Shown here: in pieces, positions 1 to 15,125 of the stretch | How the letters are laid out: every line of letters begins with the position of its first letter | Position numbering within the stretch: position 1 is the stretch's first letter | Source: Octopus bimaculoides | Taxonomy: Eukaryota | DNA length: 64,000 bases | NCBI RefSeq assembly: GCF_001194135.2 | Contig: NC_068986.1 | Location: 83,825,790 to 83,889,789, forward strand | Direction of reading: 5' to 3' | Position numbers and translations under genes: made by a program | Notes under the pieces: model-generated | Seen by the model: the letters and a program-made list of their open reading frames with translations, nothing else | Databases searched by the model: none | What the model was told of the DNA's origin: nothing

Positions 1-631
1 AGGTAGGTACATTTATGAAATCCTAACCCTTAAGATAATAGATTTAAACTTCATTCCTTTTTCCGTTCTTTTCTCTCTCATACAAGTATTGAAAGAGAAC
101 AGTTGGAGAAAGAAAAATTTTACATTGATAACAACAAATATCTTAATATTTTGATAACTCATACAGATGCAGCCTAGTTTTGCCATTTACTATGTAGTTG
201 ATTAAGATTAAGCAGTCCCTTGTAGCTGTTTTCTGTACATAATTCTGGTGAGATTCAAGTTTTGCTTCTTTTGTGACTTCTGTTTTCTGGACAAGCTTTC
301 TTCCATTGTTCTCATTTCTACTCTTCTCCTACCTAATATTGTGCCTTTCACAAGACCATCAGATAAGGCAGTCAGTACAGCCTGCTGCCTGGTTAAAACC
401 CCAGCAAGATGTGGAGAATTAGTTGATTGATCAGACAGCCAGTATTCTCCTAGGATTTTTTTCCATGCTTCTTCCTTAAAATTCTTTTTTCCTTCTTTTT
501 TCCTTCTTTTGTCTCCCATTAAATTGCTAGTAACTTGGCACTCAGTCTCTCCACTGCACTTTTGATAGTTTTTCTGCAGATGAAATCCGAGATAACTATT
601 TCAAAAGTTATACTATATATAAACCCCCCAC

Positions 632-670
632 CACACACACACACACACACGCACGCACACACGCACGCAC

Positions 671-710
<40 letters not shown>
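632..710. repeat. (CA)n microsatellite, representative
   Basis: Direct reading. Others include (CA)n at 2113-2172, 5352-5449 and 45216-45306, (GA)n at 46333-46377, (TA)n at 40820-40857 and (CT)n at 57862-58233. Confidence 0.95.
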
Positions 711-712
<2 letters not shown>

Positions 713-1630
713 TGGTAGTTAATAGAGCAAATCAACAATAGTTATATTTGTGTTCAAACCTTGTAGTACTCTAAAGAAAGGTGTCTTGTAGGTAAATATA
801 ATTAAATAAATGTCTAGGCATGTGTTGGTGTTGGCTTTGGAGGTCTCTTTGAGAATAACCATCAATTACTCAAGTCTATAAATACTACTGCTATTTTTCA
901 GGTTCAGGAATTAGCATTTGGAAAATCATCCAGTAGTACTACATTTTCAGCAAATATAGCTGGCTCATACTGAAATAGAAAACAGATGCAAAAATATATA
1001 TTACAAGATGTTTTTTCTTCAAAACAATATGTGGTATAGCTGTATATTTTTGGCATTAAGAGCCCATGACACATTTTCAATTCCCAGTAGAACAGCTTCC
1101 TTTAATGCGAAGTTCCTTTAGGAAATACACAAGTAAATCTACTTCTTTAGCCCCAATTTGAACTATTATGCACAAGTATGTGCTTCTTTATACACACACA
1201 CACATGCATGTGTGTATGTCTGGTCTGATTAAGAATTTCATTATTTATAACCTGGTCTTGTCAGCATACACTCAAGATGATTTGCAGCTTTAATCAGACT
1301 AGAATTAACAGCATTAAGCTAAGGTATTACACTGCTGACTGCAACGAGTTGGCCTTATTCAAAAAATATTAGATCATTGACTGCTGAAGATGCTTATGCA
1401 TGGAGAATTATAATAAGAAACATGTCTAATGGGAGCTGTGAGACAACAATGAACCAGTAGAACATCCAGAATATGACAACTGGAGAGGAAGAGAACTTCA
1501 CTAGCATTTGGTAGCACCCATTTTAGCTGAGTAGATTTGAGCAATATAAAATAAAGTACCATGCTCAATGACTTCGTCATGCTACTCAATCCGTGAATCA
1601 AACCCGTGGCCTTATGACCATTTCCCCTCT

Positions 1631-2033
1631 TATATACTCTTTTACTTGTTTCAGTAATTTGACTGCGGCCGTGCTGGAGCACCGCCTTTAGTCGAACAAA
1701 TCAACCCCAGGACTTATTCTTTGTAAGCCTAATACTTATTCTATCAGTCTCTTTTGCCGAACCGCTAAGTTACGGGGACGTAAACACACCAGCATCGGTT
1801 GTCAAGCGATGGTGGGGGGACAAACACAGATACACAAACACACATACACATATATATATATACATATATACGACGGGCTTCTTTCAGTTTCCGTCTACCA
1901 AATCCACTCACAAGGCTTTGGTCGGCCCGAGGCTATAGTAGAAGACACTTGCCCAAGGTGCCACGCAGTGGGACTGAACCCAGAACCATGTGGTTGGTAA
2001 GCAAGCTACTTACCACACAGCCACTCCTGTGCC
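1631..2033 (-). mobile_element. tRNA-derived SINE, family A (head, core, internal CA/TA microsatellite, 3' module)
   Basis: Minus-strand head ggcacaggagtggctgtgtggt...gggttcagtccc has A/B-box-like motifs, followed by ccttgggcaagtgtctt. A close copy lies at 19235-19645 (+). Confidence 0.85.
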
Positions 2034-2129
2034 TATATATTTACTAAAGGGACTTTTGAATCACACTGTATGCTTACATACATATATTTATGTGATAATA
2101 ACATTGTAGTAGAGTCATTATATCAATTT

Positions 2130-2176
<47 letters not shown>

Positions 2177-3124
2177 TATATAATGCCATTATTGTTTTAC
2201 ACTATGTCAGCTGTAATCAAGCAGACCTATGTTCAAAATACATCCAAACTATAACCATCCTCTCTTCTTTTTAGAAACAGTTTATATTGGACTACATCAT
2301 TCAATGTGTTTCTTCTTTTTTTTTTTGTTGTTAACAGTAAAGTATGGATGCTGAAAGATTTGGCTCTAGCAGGGTAAAACTACACAAAGACTTTTTCATT
2401 GGCTATGTCAGTAGTTCTCAACCAGGGTCCATATATGATTTTGTTGTTAAATTGCTTATACTGCTACAATACACAATATTTTAACCATTTTTAAAATATA
2501 ATTCCTAATAATATTTAATTACAAAAATACAATAGGGTTTTTTTAAAATATCAAATAGTGAGGAGGACCCCTCTGAGTAAAATAGGAATCAAAGAGGTTC
2601 GTAGGTAAAAAATGGTTGAGAATAGTTGGGTTAGGTAGTAAAGGCTTTTGTTACGTATCTTTGATCTAGTCGCTGACATGCTATTTCATTGTAGGTATAC
2701 TGAGAAACTGTTTCTCTGGTATCAGTAACCAGGATGTAGATGTACAATGAAAGACTTGGATACTCAATTATTGTTACAAAGTAATAATAAAATAGAAGTG
2801 GATAAAACAATGTGTGTACGTTAGTGTATTTAATGGTCACAATGACCCTACTGCATCTAATTGTTTGAGTGTTACCAGACACACTCTCAAATATGAAATC
2901 ACTTGACAAGCAAGTGTAACTCAGAAATATAAATATAATACATACACTCACCTCACCACCATCACCAACACATACATACATTATATTTGAACTATATGAC
3001 TGCAAAGTGAACCTTTAAACTATGCACCCATGTTTGCATCTCTCTCTTCCTAGTTTGTCTCTTTTCTCTCTCTTTCTCTCAATGTCTGTGTTTGTTTGTG
3101 TGTGTGTATGTATGTGTCCATGTC

Positions 3125-3479
3125 NNNNNNNNNNNNNNNNNNNNNNNNNNNNNNNNNNNNNNNNNNNNNNNNNNNNNNNNNNNNNNNNNNNNNNNNNNNN
3201 NNNNNNNNNNNNNNNNNNNNNNNNNNNNNNNNNNNNNNNNNNNNNNNNNNNNNNNNNNNNNNNNNNNNNNNNNNNNNNNNNNNNNNNNNNNNNNNNNNNN
3301 NNNNNNNNNNNNNNNNNNNNNNNNNNNNNNNNNNNNNNNNNNNNNNNNNNNNNNNNNNNNNNNNNNNNNNNNNNNNNNNNNNNNNNNNNNNNNNNNNNNN
3401 NNNNNNNNNNNNNNNNNNNNNNNNNNNNNNNNNNNNNNNNNNNNNNNNNNNNNNNNNNNNNNNNNNNNNNNNNNNNNNN
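3125..3479. other. Assembly gap (others at 8025-8053, 18758-19191, 42405-42728, 55074-55083, 57953-58163)
   Basis: Runs of N, almost all adjoining microsatellites or repeats. Small exons could be hidden in them. Confidence 0.99.
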
Positions 3480-4672
3480 CATACACACATACATACATGC
3501 ATACATACATACATACTTAGTGTCTGTAGTTCCATTTGTTCCCTAGTTTGACACTAGTAGGAATTTTGATGCAACCAATTTCATCAGGCTTTTGTTGTAA
3601 TTTTTTTTTAAAAAGGCAACATGGTGGTGTGTCACATGATGTATGATGTCAAAAAAATGTTAACCCTGAAAAGAGGTCTACAATCTGTAGTTAGGTTTTT
3701 CCCACCATTGTGGAAGGATTTATTGTATATTTTTCAGTTCAGCGTAAATTGCACTATTCTGAATTGTTGCTGAAAAACTGGAAGTGGACTTTGTCAAAAA
3801 TAGACTTGTAACTTACCCTTATCTTTCTTTTACTTTTTGTTTTTGTAATTGAAGTGCTTCTTAAGTAATGTAATATTTTCTTTCTGATGGTATGAAAGAG
3901 CTTATGTGCTGGTATAATCTGCTCTTAAATTACATTTCTGTTAGCCAAGGTATCAGTACTTTTGGTTTATGTCTGATACACAATGCAGTTAATTCTTTGG
4001 CTTCTATTGCTGTTGTATTGGAAAATTTTATTATACAATGAAAGGATATTTTTTCAACAAAGTTTTATACACTATTGGCTTTGTATTGTTTCATGTGACA
4101 TGTTGTCATCTTATGCATCTCCAACCATAATGAAAATGTATATAAGGCTGCTTTGTTCAAATTCTTTGATTATTGCATAAACCTGTGGTATTGAAGTAAC
4201 TACAGGCACTAAATGTAATACACACTACCTCACTCTCTGTTTATCAAATACTTTGGTGTTTTGCACAGAAAGAGCAACATCTAGCCATGCAGTTTATGAC
4301 ATATGTATAGCCTCACTAGCACGTGTTTGTGAGTATATATGAGATGTACATGTAATTGAGTATATAAATGTATGTGTGTGTAAATATTTATAGGAATGTG
4401 TGTATGTGTTCAACCTGATTTTTTTCTCTCTGAGTAAAGTCATTTTCTTCTAGTCTCTTATTAGAAAAGTAATTTTATTTTGAGGGTCTGCAGAATTGGT
4501 GAATTTTAGAATGGAACAATTAATTAATCACACAACTAAAATTTGTTTTGTTTTTGGATTTGGTTAGCAAGATTCTTTATGTACGTTCACGTGTTGAAGC
4601 ATGTTCTGTTGTCATTCTCTTTTAATGCCTTATAATTTAACACACTCACCAGTAAAATGTCCACTCATTTCC

Positions 4673-5678
<1,006 letters not shown>

Positions 5679-8053
5679 TAAAATTTGTTCTTTTATTAAA
5701 GTGAAGTATACATTGTAAAGTGTATATTGTATGAAACTTTAAAACCAACCAAATGCTTATAATCTTAGTTGCACTGTTACTCATTTTTAGGCCTCAAATT
5801 CTTGTAAAGGAAGCTTTCTGTATGGCTTCTCAGCTTGCTGGTTATTATCCACCAAATCTGCCTACAGTCTTAAAAATGGAGGACACATTAAATAATGTAA
5901 GCCTATATATGAAATAAATAAATAATTGGATAAACACAATAACTGTTTTTGATCTTAGATCTACTTAATCTTGTACAGCCTGGGGGTAAAGAGCAAGAAC
6001 AGCTGTTTAACATCCACCTATTCCATGCTAGTAAATTTCAATATTTGCATATGGACTTTTAGACTTTTGCTGTCAAGATTTTACAGGTGATTGTTGGAAA
6101 ATTACTAACAGCGTATCAGTTTATTTGACTATCCCCTTTTCTGTCCAGGATGATTAAAGTAAGGCTGTATCTCAAATGTTTTTTATTGTTTGAGGAAGGT
6201 GGGGAGGGTCACGTAAGATGTCCATATTCTGATAAATACTTGTGTGTCAGTGAATAGTTAAATACCAACTATCACCTATAGCACACTTCTAGAACCTGGC
6301 CCAAACATCAGAACTTGGTTTGAGAATGAGCACCTGTGGCAAAGCTAGTGAAACATTCATTAACTTTACAGTTGCCCTCTCTCTTATAATGCTGAGCCAG
6401 TGAGAAACAAGCACCTTAACTGTTGATACAACAGAGCTAGAGTGATATTACACCAATCAGTGAGTCCTTGAGCTATTCAGGGAACATGTACTTGGTCACA
6501 CAATCTGTTAGAAGTAGCAGTCAAGTCTCTGATATCAGACTCTGCTCTCTTTAAAAAAGAAAAATGTCTTTGATCATGGACTTGCTTAATCAGAGAGGAA
6601 CCTGGGGTTAAGCAACAACTACTGTTGACCCTTTAACTGATAGTTTTGACCTTCCTCTATAAACCTAATAACAATAGCAAGGTGCTAAGTAAAAGTGTTT
6701 GTTGTGACATTTTCTAGAATGTTTGCTATATACAAAAAACTGTTTAAATAATGATGATCATCAGGTTTACATAAACAAAATTTTACTTTGTGACATGTGT
6801 GTGTGTGTGTGTGTGTGTGTGAGAGCACAACAGAAATATTTATGAGTGTGTGTTTTCATTGTTTTCTTTCACCATTATGTACATGTGTTCTGGGCTTCAT
6901 TGTAGTTGTTGGTCACAAGGAGATTTTTGGTTGAATGCTATCAAACCACATGAAATTTTGTTTCATTCAATTTTAATTAGAATTCTATTTCTGAATGAAA
7001 AGCTGTGCTCAGGTGATTGCCTCTCTTCATTGTAGCAACTGCATTGTCATTGAGAAACTGTAACCTCCGGCATTAAGAGTGTTAATTAAAGAAAGATGAT
7101 GAGAATAATGCTTAGTAAAATGCTACAAATTGTCTAGTATTTTTTTTTTTTTTTTTTTTGTTACCTGATAAAGAGCATTACTTGCTCAGAACTGTATATT
7201 TTAGTTTTGTGTTGCCCGCGTATTATTTAGAAGGTATGAGACTAGTTCAGCACTATTAGAGTAATTATTGGCCCAAACACAGTTATCATTTGATTGGTAA
7301 AATTATAGAAGTGCTAAACCAATTCTGCTGGTTGATCAGATCAAAGTTTAGGAAATTAGCCTAAGAATTAGTAAAAGAAAATACATCAGACTTATTAGAT
7401 GACATTCACTTTCTAATGTATTACAATGTCTAGCACACTGATTCATTGTAATGTCTATGTGTCTCGTATCTCTATTACAATGTTTCACTAGTTCTTGCTC
7501 TTATGAACTAGCAACTTTTGTACAACCTTTGCCCATTCCCACTCAATTCACTTACTTCCCCCTTCCTCTCTCTCATGCTTACCTTTTGTCTCCTTTCTAG
7601 CTACCAAAATTTTGCACAAAACCTTTTGCTGCTTAATTCTTTCATCCCTGAACTGAATCCTTTGGAGCCCCACTTCCTTACTTTTATTCAGGCTTTTCTT
7701 ACACTTGCTAGTTTCCAGGAATTGAAGCCAAACATTAATTGCAGCAACTCCAGTTGTTTGGAAGGGCTTGCAATGACTGTAGGAACTCCTCCTCCCTGGA
7801 ATAAAAAGAAATCATTCCCCCATTTATTCCTATTAATGAATCAGCTACAAGATACACTTGGTACTTACTTAATTAACCTTGAAAGAATGACGGATAAAGT
7901 CAATAGTAACAAGATTTGAACTGAGAATGTTAGAAGTTGTTACTTTGTGCAGGGCATTTTGTATGGAGCAAATTCATTTTTGCCATTCCACCTTTGTCTT
8001 TTAAGATAAATATAGTCTGAATATNNNNNNNNNNNNNNNNNNNNNNNNNNNNN

Positions 8054-8090
<37 letters not shown>

Positions 8091-9971
8091 CTATGTAGGA
8101 TTTAATTCAGCTCATTTATGATTAAAAATAAAACATTTTTGCTGTGTGCTCTAGAGGTATCTTCATGAAACTCTTTAATTTCTCTTCTCCTTCAGGAGGT
8201 CTTTCATTTCCAACCTTATTAATTACTACCCTATCTAGTCTTACATATGATAATTCAAAGATGAGAGCAGAGCTATAAATAATTATCTTCTTCATCAATA
8301 CTAATTAAGAAACCATCTTTATTCAAGCCAAAGTGTAAGCCTCTACATAGTTACTGAACCTACTAGAAATAGCTAAATCTCCCTCATTTCATGCCACACC
8401 ACTATAATGCAGGTTTAGTTGAGCCTACAGTTTGAGAAATGGTATGAGAATGGCTGGAATGCAGTTGATCCATTGTTGTTTAGCCCCAGATCAGCATAAA
8501 TTTGGGGCTAAATGACACTTAGATATACTTGAAATACTCCAAGTCAAATCATGCTGAAGATTTCTAAAATGGATGAAATAATGCTATGCATGTTTACTGC
8601 CAACTAGAAATTGTAAGAACTTCATAATAGATAAAAAAAAAAATAAACATGTGAGTTCTATGCATATATTCCTTAATTTCAAATTCAAATTTCTAATCCT
8701 GCCTGGTATTGTAAACGTATGGTTATCTCCTTTGTATTAAGAGCCATTGCCAGTGAGAACCACATGTATCTATATATATAATACTTTTTCAATTCACCAT
8801 GGTTTATGCTAGTCCTTTCTGGGCTCCTAATCAATCCAATACAAATCATAACAAATTCAAGAACACAAAACAGCATACTTCTTATCACACAGATAGCACA
8901 AAGACTACACCCACAGACCACCTGCACAAAAAATTCAAATGTATTAAAAATAGAAAACTGCCTTGACATGCAGTGGGCACAATTTGTTATTACAGCAAGC
9001 CTCAATTGTTAGTAGCCTCTGCTGCTACTGCATTAAAATTTGTCCCCAAACACCCAGATATATATCACCCCAGAAAAATTTTATTACAGCTTCCTTAGAA
9101 CACTTTTTCTTTTACTCTGTCTAGGCAAACAAACTAAAATAACATTAGCATCAATTTGTAAGATTCATAGGCAGAAATGAACAGCTGTCATGCTTTTAGC
9201 TAGTTCACTTTATTAGTCTCTCTTTTGGCCACCCTTGGTGTCTACAGAGGGAACCTCCTTGTGGTTGCATTAGCTATTTGAAATAGCTGCCAATTTCTCT
9301 CAAATGACATTCACCTTGATATAGAAAGCTGAGGCTGACTTAGGTTCAAACTACTATAATAGTGATACAAAAATAGACTGGATAGTAGAGAAAGTACACC
9401 ATGCCTAATCTGCAATACAGAACGACATGCAATTAGCCACTGCATGTCAAAATGTACTGCACAGTCCTCACCTAGATGGAAATATAGATTGCATCTAGTC
9501 ATTTGATACATCATCTCCATACCCATAGGTCTACTCTATCAGGAGAGACCTGAGAATGTTTAACTACAACAACTCTGTTTTATATAGTAAATTTGCTATA
9601 TATATATATATATGATATTCATATATTAAATTCATGAGCCAATAAGATGCTTATATGGTGATAGCTCTACATTTTAGAAATAGCAGCTAAATTTCAATTT
9701 CTCTGAAATCACACCTAACTGTTTAAAAAAATGGAATGTATGTATCTTTGGTACATACATGATGTTTTGGTTAAAAATAGGATGGTCACATTAGAAATAC
9801 CTTTGGTTACACATAGACCAAAAGATAGAATGTGATGCATTCCACCAAATGTTTGATAAGGTTTGATTTGGAGGCTAAACAGCACCTACCTCTAACTACA
9901 ACATTCACTAGAGGCATAATAATATGAAACTGGTAGTTTACAAAGTACAGTTCATTCATAGCTTCTAAATA

Positions 9972-10005
<34 letters not shown>

Positions 10006-10521
10006 CATTTAGCCCAAGTTACTCTTCATTTACAAATGTAGGTTTTAATTCCCAGTGTCTTTCTCTTGGCCACCAGGCCAATGTGACATCAATAGAATAA
10101 CAATTTACTTGCAATTATTTTTTTCTCATTCTTTCAACTTCCACATTTTTTATTTTGTATGGAAGAGATGAGAGGAGTGCCTTTTTGTTCTGTCACATGT
10201 TCAAGCTTTTTACTCAAACTTTTTGGAATTCAGGTGTGAATGTAAATGTCATCACTACTGTCTAGCTTCTCTTTGGTTCCCTTTTTCTTTTTTGTGTTCC
10301 AACCTTTTGTTTTCCTTGCCTTGAGAAGGTATGAAACTGTCTAGCTGTATAATAACAAATCAGTTTCTCAATTAAGACCTCTCAAGCCCGTGTGTGTGCG
10401 CGCATGTCTGTGTGACTGTGTGTGTTTGAATTACTTTTCTCATGACTGGTTTCATGTCACAGTGATCTTTCAAGCTACAGTGTTTATTTTTTATTTATTT
10501 TGGGTACTCAAGCTGCTTTTG

Positions 10522-12129
10522 CAGTAGTGGCCATAATACAAAGGTTAGGAAAACAAGTGTATTAAAATATTTATTATAGAAGTTTAACAAAATGTTGAGA
10601 CAAGATATTTTACACATATTTAGATGTATCTAATATCTATCTTATGTGAAAATTTCAAGTGAATGGAATAAATTTTTTGTAAGTTATGAGGAAATAAATA
10701 ATCTTCCAAACTGCAATGGCCAGAAGTTAAGGGTCACTTAGAAAAACAATGGAAAGTGGAACAAGAAGAAAAAAGAAACCCTTACTATTAATATTTTGTG
10801 AACATCCCTTTATGATCAATAACCTCCTGACATCTATTACTGCTGGACTGAATTAATTTCTTGCAAAACGATGGCATGATATTGTTTCATTCGTTTTTAA
10901 ATAATTCCCAGAGTTTATCTTGGTTCTTTGAATTTCTCCTTCGCGCCCCATCTCCAATAATCTTTCAAACGTTTTCTATAGGGTTGAAACCAGGACTTTG
11001 AGGTGGCCACTTCATGAGATCAACCCCTTCATCACTCAAAAAATCTTTTGACTCTCTTTGTAGTGTGACAGGGAACGTTGTCCTGCACAAAGATAGGAGG
11101 TTGAACTGACAAGGATCAGAGATGTGGAAGGGCATGCTGTCTAGGAATCTGCTCTTAGATTTCAGCATTGACAGTCCCTTGTAGGCGAATAAGGGGACCA
11201 GGACCAGCAGCAGAGATCACTCCTCATACCATTATATTGCTTCCTCCATATTTCACTGTCTTCTTTACACATGCACTTCTTCGTCGGACGTACATCCCAC
11301 CATCAGAACCAATCACTTTTAACTTTGATTCATTGCTAAAATGAACCTGCGACCACTATTCTTCTGTCCAAATGATATGTTTGTGAGTGAAATGAAGACA
11401 AGTTCTTTGATTCTTCTTGGAGATCAGAGGTTTCTTTGCCGGTGCCCAAGCAAGCAACCCAGAACTTTGTAACCTCCGAGAAACTGTTTTGCACGATACG
11501 TTGACATTGGAAGTGGAGCTAAACTCATGGGATACTTCAGCAGCACTCTTAAACCCAACCTTCAGTGATATTACAACCATAATACGATCCTGTTTTGGTG
11601 AAGTTTTACAAGATCTACTGGTTTGGGGTTTAGCATCTGTCGATCCTGATGACTTAAAACAAGCTACAATTTGTTGCACAACACTTCTAGATCTTCCTAC
11701 AGTAGTTGCTATCACAGAATTTGACTTGCAGATCTTGGTGAAGGCACACAATCTTTTGTTTTTCATCATAGGACACTGGTCATCTCTCAAAAGTTGCCAT
11801 GTTGACAGTTGAATGTTCCAATAATGTAAGGCCATAAGAAGTAACTGTTAGCCCATTAACAGTCTTCTAAACAACAAATACCTCGGTTAGTAGTTCATTT
11901 TTTTCTAAATGATCCTTAATTTTTGGCTGTTGCGGTTTGGAAGATTATTTGTTTATTTCCTCATAACTTATGAAATATTTATTCCATTCACTTGAAATTT
12001 TCCTGAAAGATAGATATTAGATATATCTAAATATGCTTAAAATATCTAGTCTCAATGTTTTGTTAATCTTCTTTAATAACTATTTCGATACACTTGTTCT
12101 TACTGACCCTTATATTATGGCCGCTACTA
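10522..12129 (-). mobile_element. Tc1-family DNA transposon (DD34E) with long TIRs of about 240 bp
   Basis: Left end cagtagtggccataata...; right end ...tattatggccgctacta followed by TA. Arms about 10522-10760 and 11893-12129 are reverse-complementary. Confidence 0.9.
10786..11770 (-). pseudogene. Tc1 transposase, disrupted by stops and frameshifts
   Basis: Motifs TVSRRLQSSGL, KKPLISKKN, WTEE*WSQVHFSNESK, QDNVPCH and WPPQSPGFNPIENV. There are 34 residues between D and E after correcting one frameshift. Confidence 0.9.
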
Positions 12130-12515
12130 TATATATACACTGAAACATGTTTTTTTCTTCTGTGTGGCAATCACTTTAATTGGCTAGTTTCTAAATATTA
12201 TTTTTTTTAGAGTGGTATCTTTTTGATTATTGTCGTTTTGTCACTTTTCATTGGCCAATTCATTGGCTGTTTTTTTCTTCATTGTTTAATTTCATTATTA
12301 TATGCAGTTTTAGTAAATTATTCTGTTGATATCTGGTAATGATTCTGCAGTGAGGTGGGCTGTCTGATGTCACAAAATTTTGTTATGTTTTCGCCTTGTA
12401 TCTGATATCTCTTAACTGTCACTCTTTTCCATTAGTTAATTTGTTGGTCAGAATTTTTGTGCCTCCACTGCCAATTATATCATCAAATATTTATCTTGTT
12501 TGTAATTCTGACCAT

Positions 12516-14200
12516 TTAAAAAATGAATTTATTCTGATGTTTGCAACATGACATCACCTCATTTCTTTCTGTTTGGTAATTACGTTGTATATTACTGCAG
12601 TACTTAGAGTACATATCCCAAAACCATTTATCTAACAGTTGGTGCTATCTGTTATTTACCCAGTTGTTGTTTTTATTTTCCTCTCATAAATCCTGAATGT
12701 GATTCAATAGGGACATATTTCTTAAGTACATATTGTGGAAAGAGAGTAAACCATGTGTATATCTGACTTGAAAGACCCATTGTTGAACCAATGTATTTGT
12801 TTTCCATTTTTCCTATATGTACTACTGTTGTGTTGTGGATGAGCTCATTTCTAGGCAATTTCCACATAACAATATGGATTTTATCTGTTACGGTTACCTT
12901 CATTTCAGCTATTCCTAGATATTAGCATATTTATAATTTAATTGGTGTGATCTTAGTTTCTTATACAGTTACAACTAACTTTTGTGTTATTGAGATATGT
13001 TTGGCGGTAAGTGTTAAGATTTTTTTTTTATTCATCATATAAATCAATGCATTTAGGCTGTTGAGTAGGTTGAACCAGATAATGTTTCTTTCTCAGGTCC
13101 TGTTTTTTGTTTTTACTTTATTGTGTGACTTTTGGCGTGAATTTTAATTTTTATTTGAACTTACTTATTTTAAGAGCTCCATGGTAGAATGATGCTGTTT
13201 GGGTGGATAATGTTTTGTCAAAGGATAATGGGGAATTTTTTTCAGCTGATGCAACTGATGCCCCTATGTGTTGTGAGAGATGACTAAAAGAGTTGGCATC
13301 AGGAATAGCATCCAGTTGTAAAACACTGCCTCAGAAAATCTATCCAACCTATACCAGCATGGAAAATCAGCTGTTAAATGCTGTTAGTGATTGGAACATC
13401 ATAGCTGCTCTATGTTTTTTCACAAGGATTAGTGTTTTCTTAGCGTTACCTTCCAGTTATGTCTACAAAGTTTATTTTAGATGGGTTGCTTTGGATATTG
13501 TTGAGTGTTTGAACTCTTTGAAAGCATTTAATAGGGGACCTATTTTTTTCTAAATATATCTAATTCATGTTCATTTGTCTTTTGGGAAATTGCTAAGCCA
13601 TTCTCTCTTTATAGATCAGCCTGGACTGGTTGGATATGTTGCTTACTTTTCCTTGCACGTTTCCACTCCATTGTAGTGTCCCATGCATATGTCATAAAGC
13701 TATTCATTTCCTTTCTTTACACAAAGTAAGTTACCATAATATAAGGAATACTTTCTCAAGTATTATTATGTTTACCTGTTGCTAGCTGGTATGGTGGTCA
13801 ATCATTTTGCAAGGTTCAGCACTTTTATTGGGAGGTGTTTTCTTATCAATAGGTAGGATTCTACAATATTACATTTGGTGAATTCAGCATACTTTTCGTT
13901 TTTCATGTCCTTGTAACAGTCAATAGTAGATAAGCTGTATTGTATTAATCTTGCTTCATAGCTGATTTTAGAGTTGATATTTTTATGTGATTTTGTTGCT
14001 CACTATTCTTAATTTGCCCTTCATTGTATTGATTAGCCTGCACTTTGGATTTTCTAAAAAATTTGTTTTATGGCTGAAATGCATGATTGCTGCATTGATA
14101 ATCATTCTATTGTCTCCTTTCTGTGAACTTGTTGCTAACTATTGTGCTTCCTTGTAGATTGTATTGTATATATTAGGAGTTTTAAATTTTATACGTTTTA
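12516..14200 (-). pseudogene. Decayed Penelope-like retroelement (RT plus GIY-YIG endonuclease)
   Basis: Ordered minus-strand relics: HKTNFLENPKCRLIN (about 14030-14075), FTKCNIVES, LYDICMGHYNGVETC, L*RENGLA (LYRDDGLA), INFVDIT, GNCL/ELIHNTTV, KYIGST (about 12790) and ERNEVMSCCKHQNKFIF* (stop at 12516-12518). Confidence 0.78.
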
Positions 14201-14664
14201 GTTGTGTTGTTTAAGAATTTTGGTGGGTTCCTTTAGTCACTGTTGACAGATTTTTTTTTGTTTTGTTTGTGAATATAAAGATTTTTTTTTACGACATTTG
14301 TTCTGATTCAGTGCCTAAGCATAGTTCATTTTGGAAGCTAAAAATAAAACTGGACTGTTATTTTAATTGTACTGTTGGGAAGACATTTAGAAAATAGACT
14401 GTGATTCCATATGTATATATAACATCATTTAATGTGCACTTTCCCATACTTGCATGGGTCAAATAAAATTTGTTGAAGCAAATTTTCTACAAATGGATGC
14501 TCTTCCTGTTTCCAATCCTCACTTGTTTCTAATTAAGGTAATATTTTCCCATATCTAGACAAGTTTAAATCTCACGTTTATGATGATAATGTCCATTTAC
14601 AACCATCACGTGATATCTAGAGAAGAGTGTATAGAAGCTCATATACACACATACATGTATATTC

Positions 14665-14822
14665 TTGATGGGCTTCTTTCAGTTTCCATCTTCCAAATAC
14701 ACTCACAAGGCTTTGGTTGGCCGAAATCTATAGTAGCAGACACTTGCCCAAGGCACTATACTGTGGGACTATACTCAAGGCCGCACGGTCGAGAAGCAAG
14801 CTTCTTAACCACACAGCCATGT
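14665..14822 (-). mobile_element. SINE family A, head/core only
   Basis: gggcttctttcagtttcc...cactcacaaggctttgg...gacacttgcccaagg...accacacagcc. Further diverged heads lie at about 37711-37860, 41905-42035 and 50270-50420 (+). Confidence 0.75.
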
Positions 14823-14827
14823 GAAAG

Positions 14828-15125
14828 GCACCTGTGCTAGTGACACGCAAAAGCCACCCATGCCAGTGACGTGTAAAAGTGCTGGTGACACATAAATGGC
14901 ACCCATGCTGGTGACATGTAAAAGGTGCCCATGTCGGTGACACATTGAAGACACCCAGTATACTCTGTAAAGTGGTTAGTATTAGCAAGGGCATCCAGCC
15001 TTTGAAACGATGCCAAAAAGATAACTGGAATCTGATGCAGCTTACCAGCTTTGGTCAAACCATCTGACTCTTGCCAGCTTGGAAAACGAACATTAAATAA
15101 TGATGATAATGATGATGATGATGAT
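14828..15125 (+). mobile_element. RTE-type 3' UTR fragment with short internal repeats and a (GAT)n tail
   Basis: Repeated gctggtgacacgtaaaa-like units, then aagggcatccagc...gccagcttggaaaacgaacattaaataatgatgat. Homologous to 55330-55770. Confidence 0.7.

Noticed and set aside
1-10. ag|gtaggt donor-like motif at the window start
   Set aside because: No upstream sequence is available to test for an exon, and such words occur by chance.
208-519. 103-aa minus-strand ORF
   Set aside because: It starts in a low-complexity purine run, and I recognised no domain or convincing splice context. It cannot be supported as a gene without a search.
7518-7919. 133-aa plus-strand ORF
   Set aside because: Leu/Phe/Ser-rich composition typical of pyrimidine-rich non-coding DNA, with no motif and no phase link to NFAT5.
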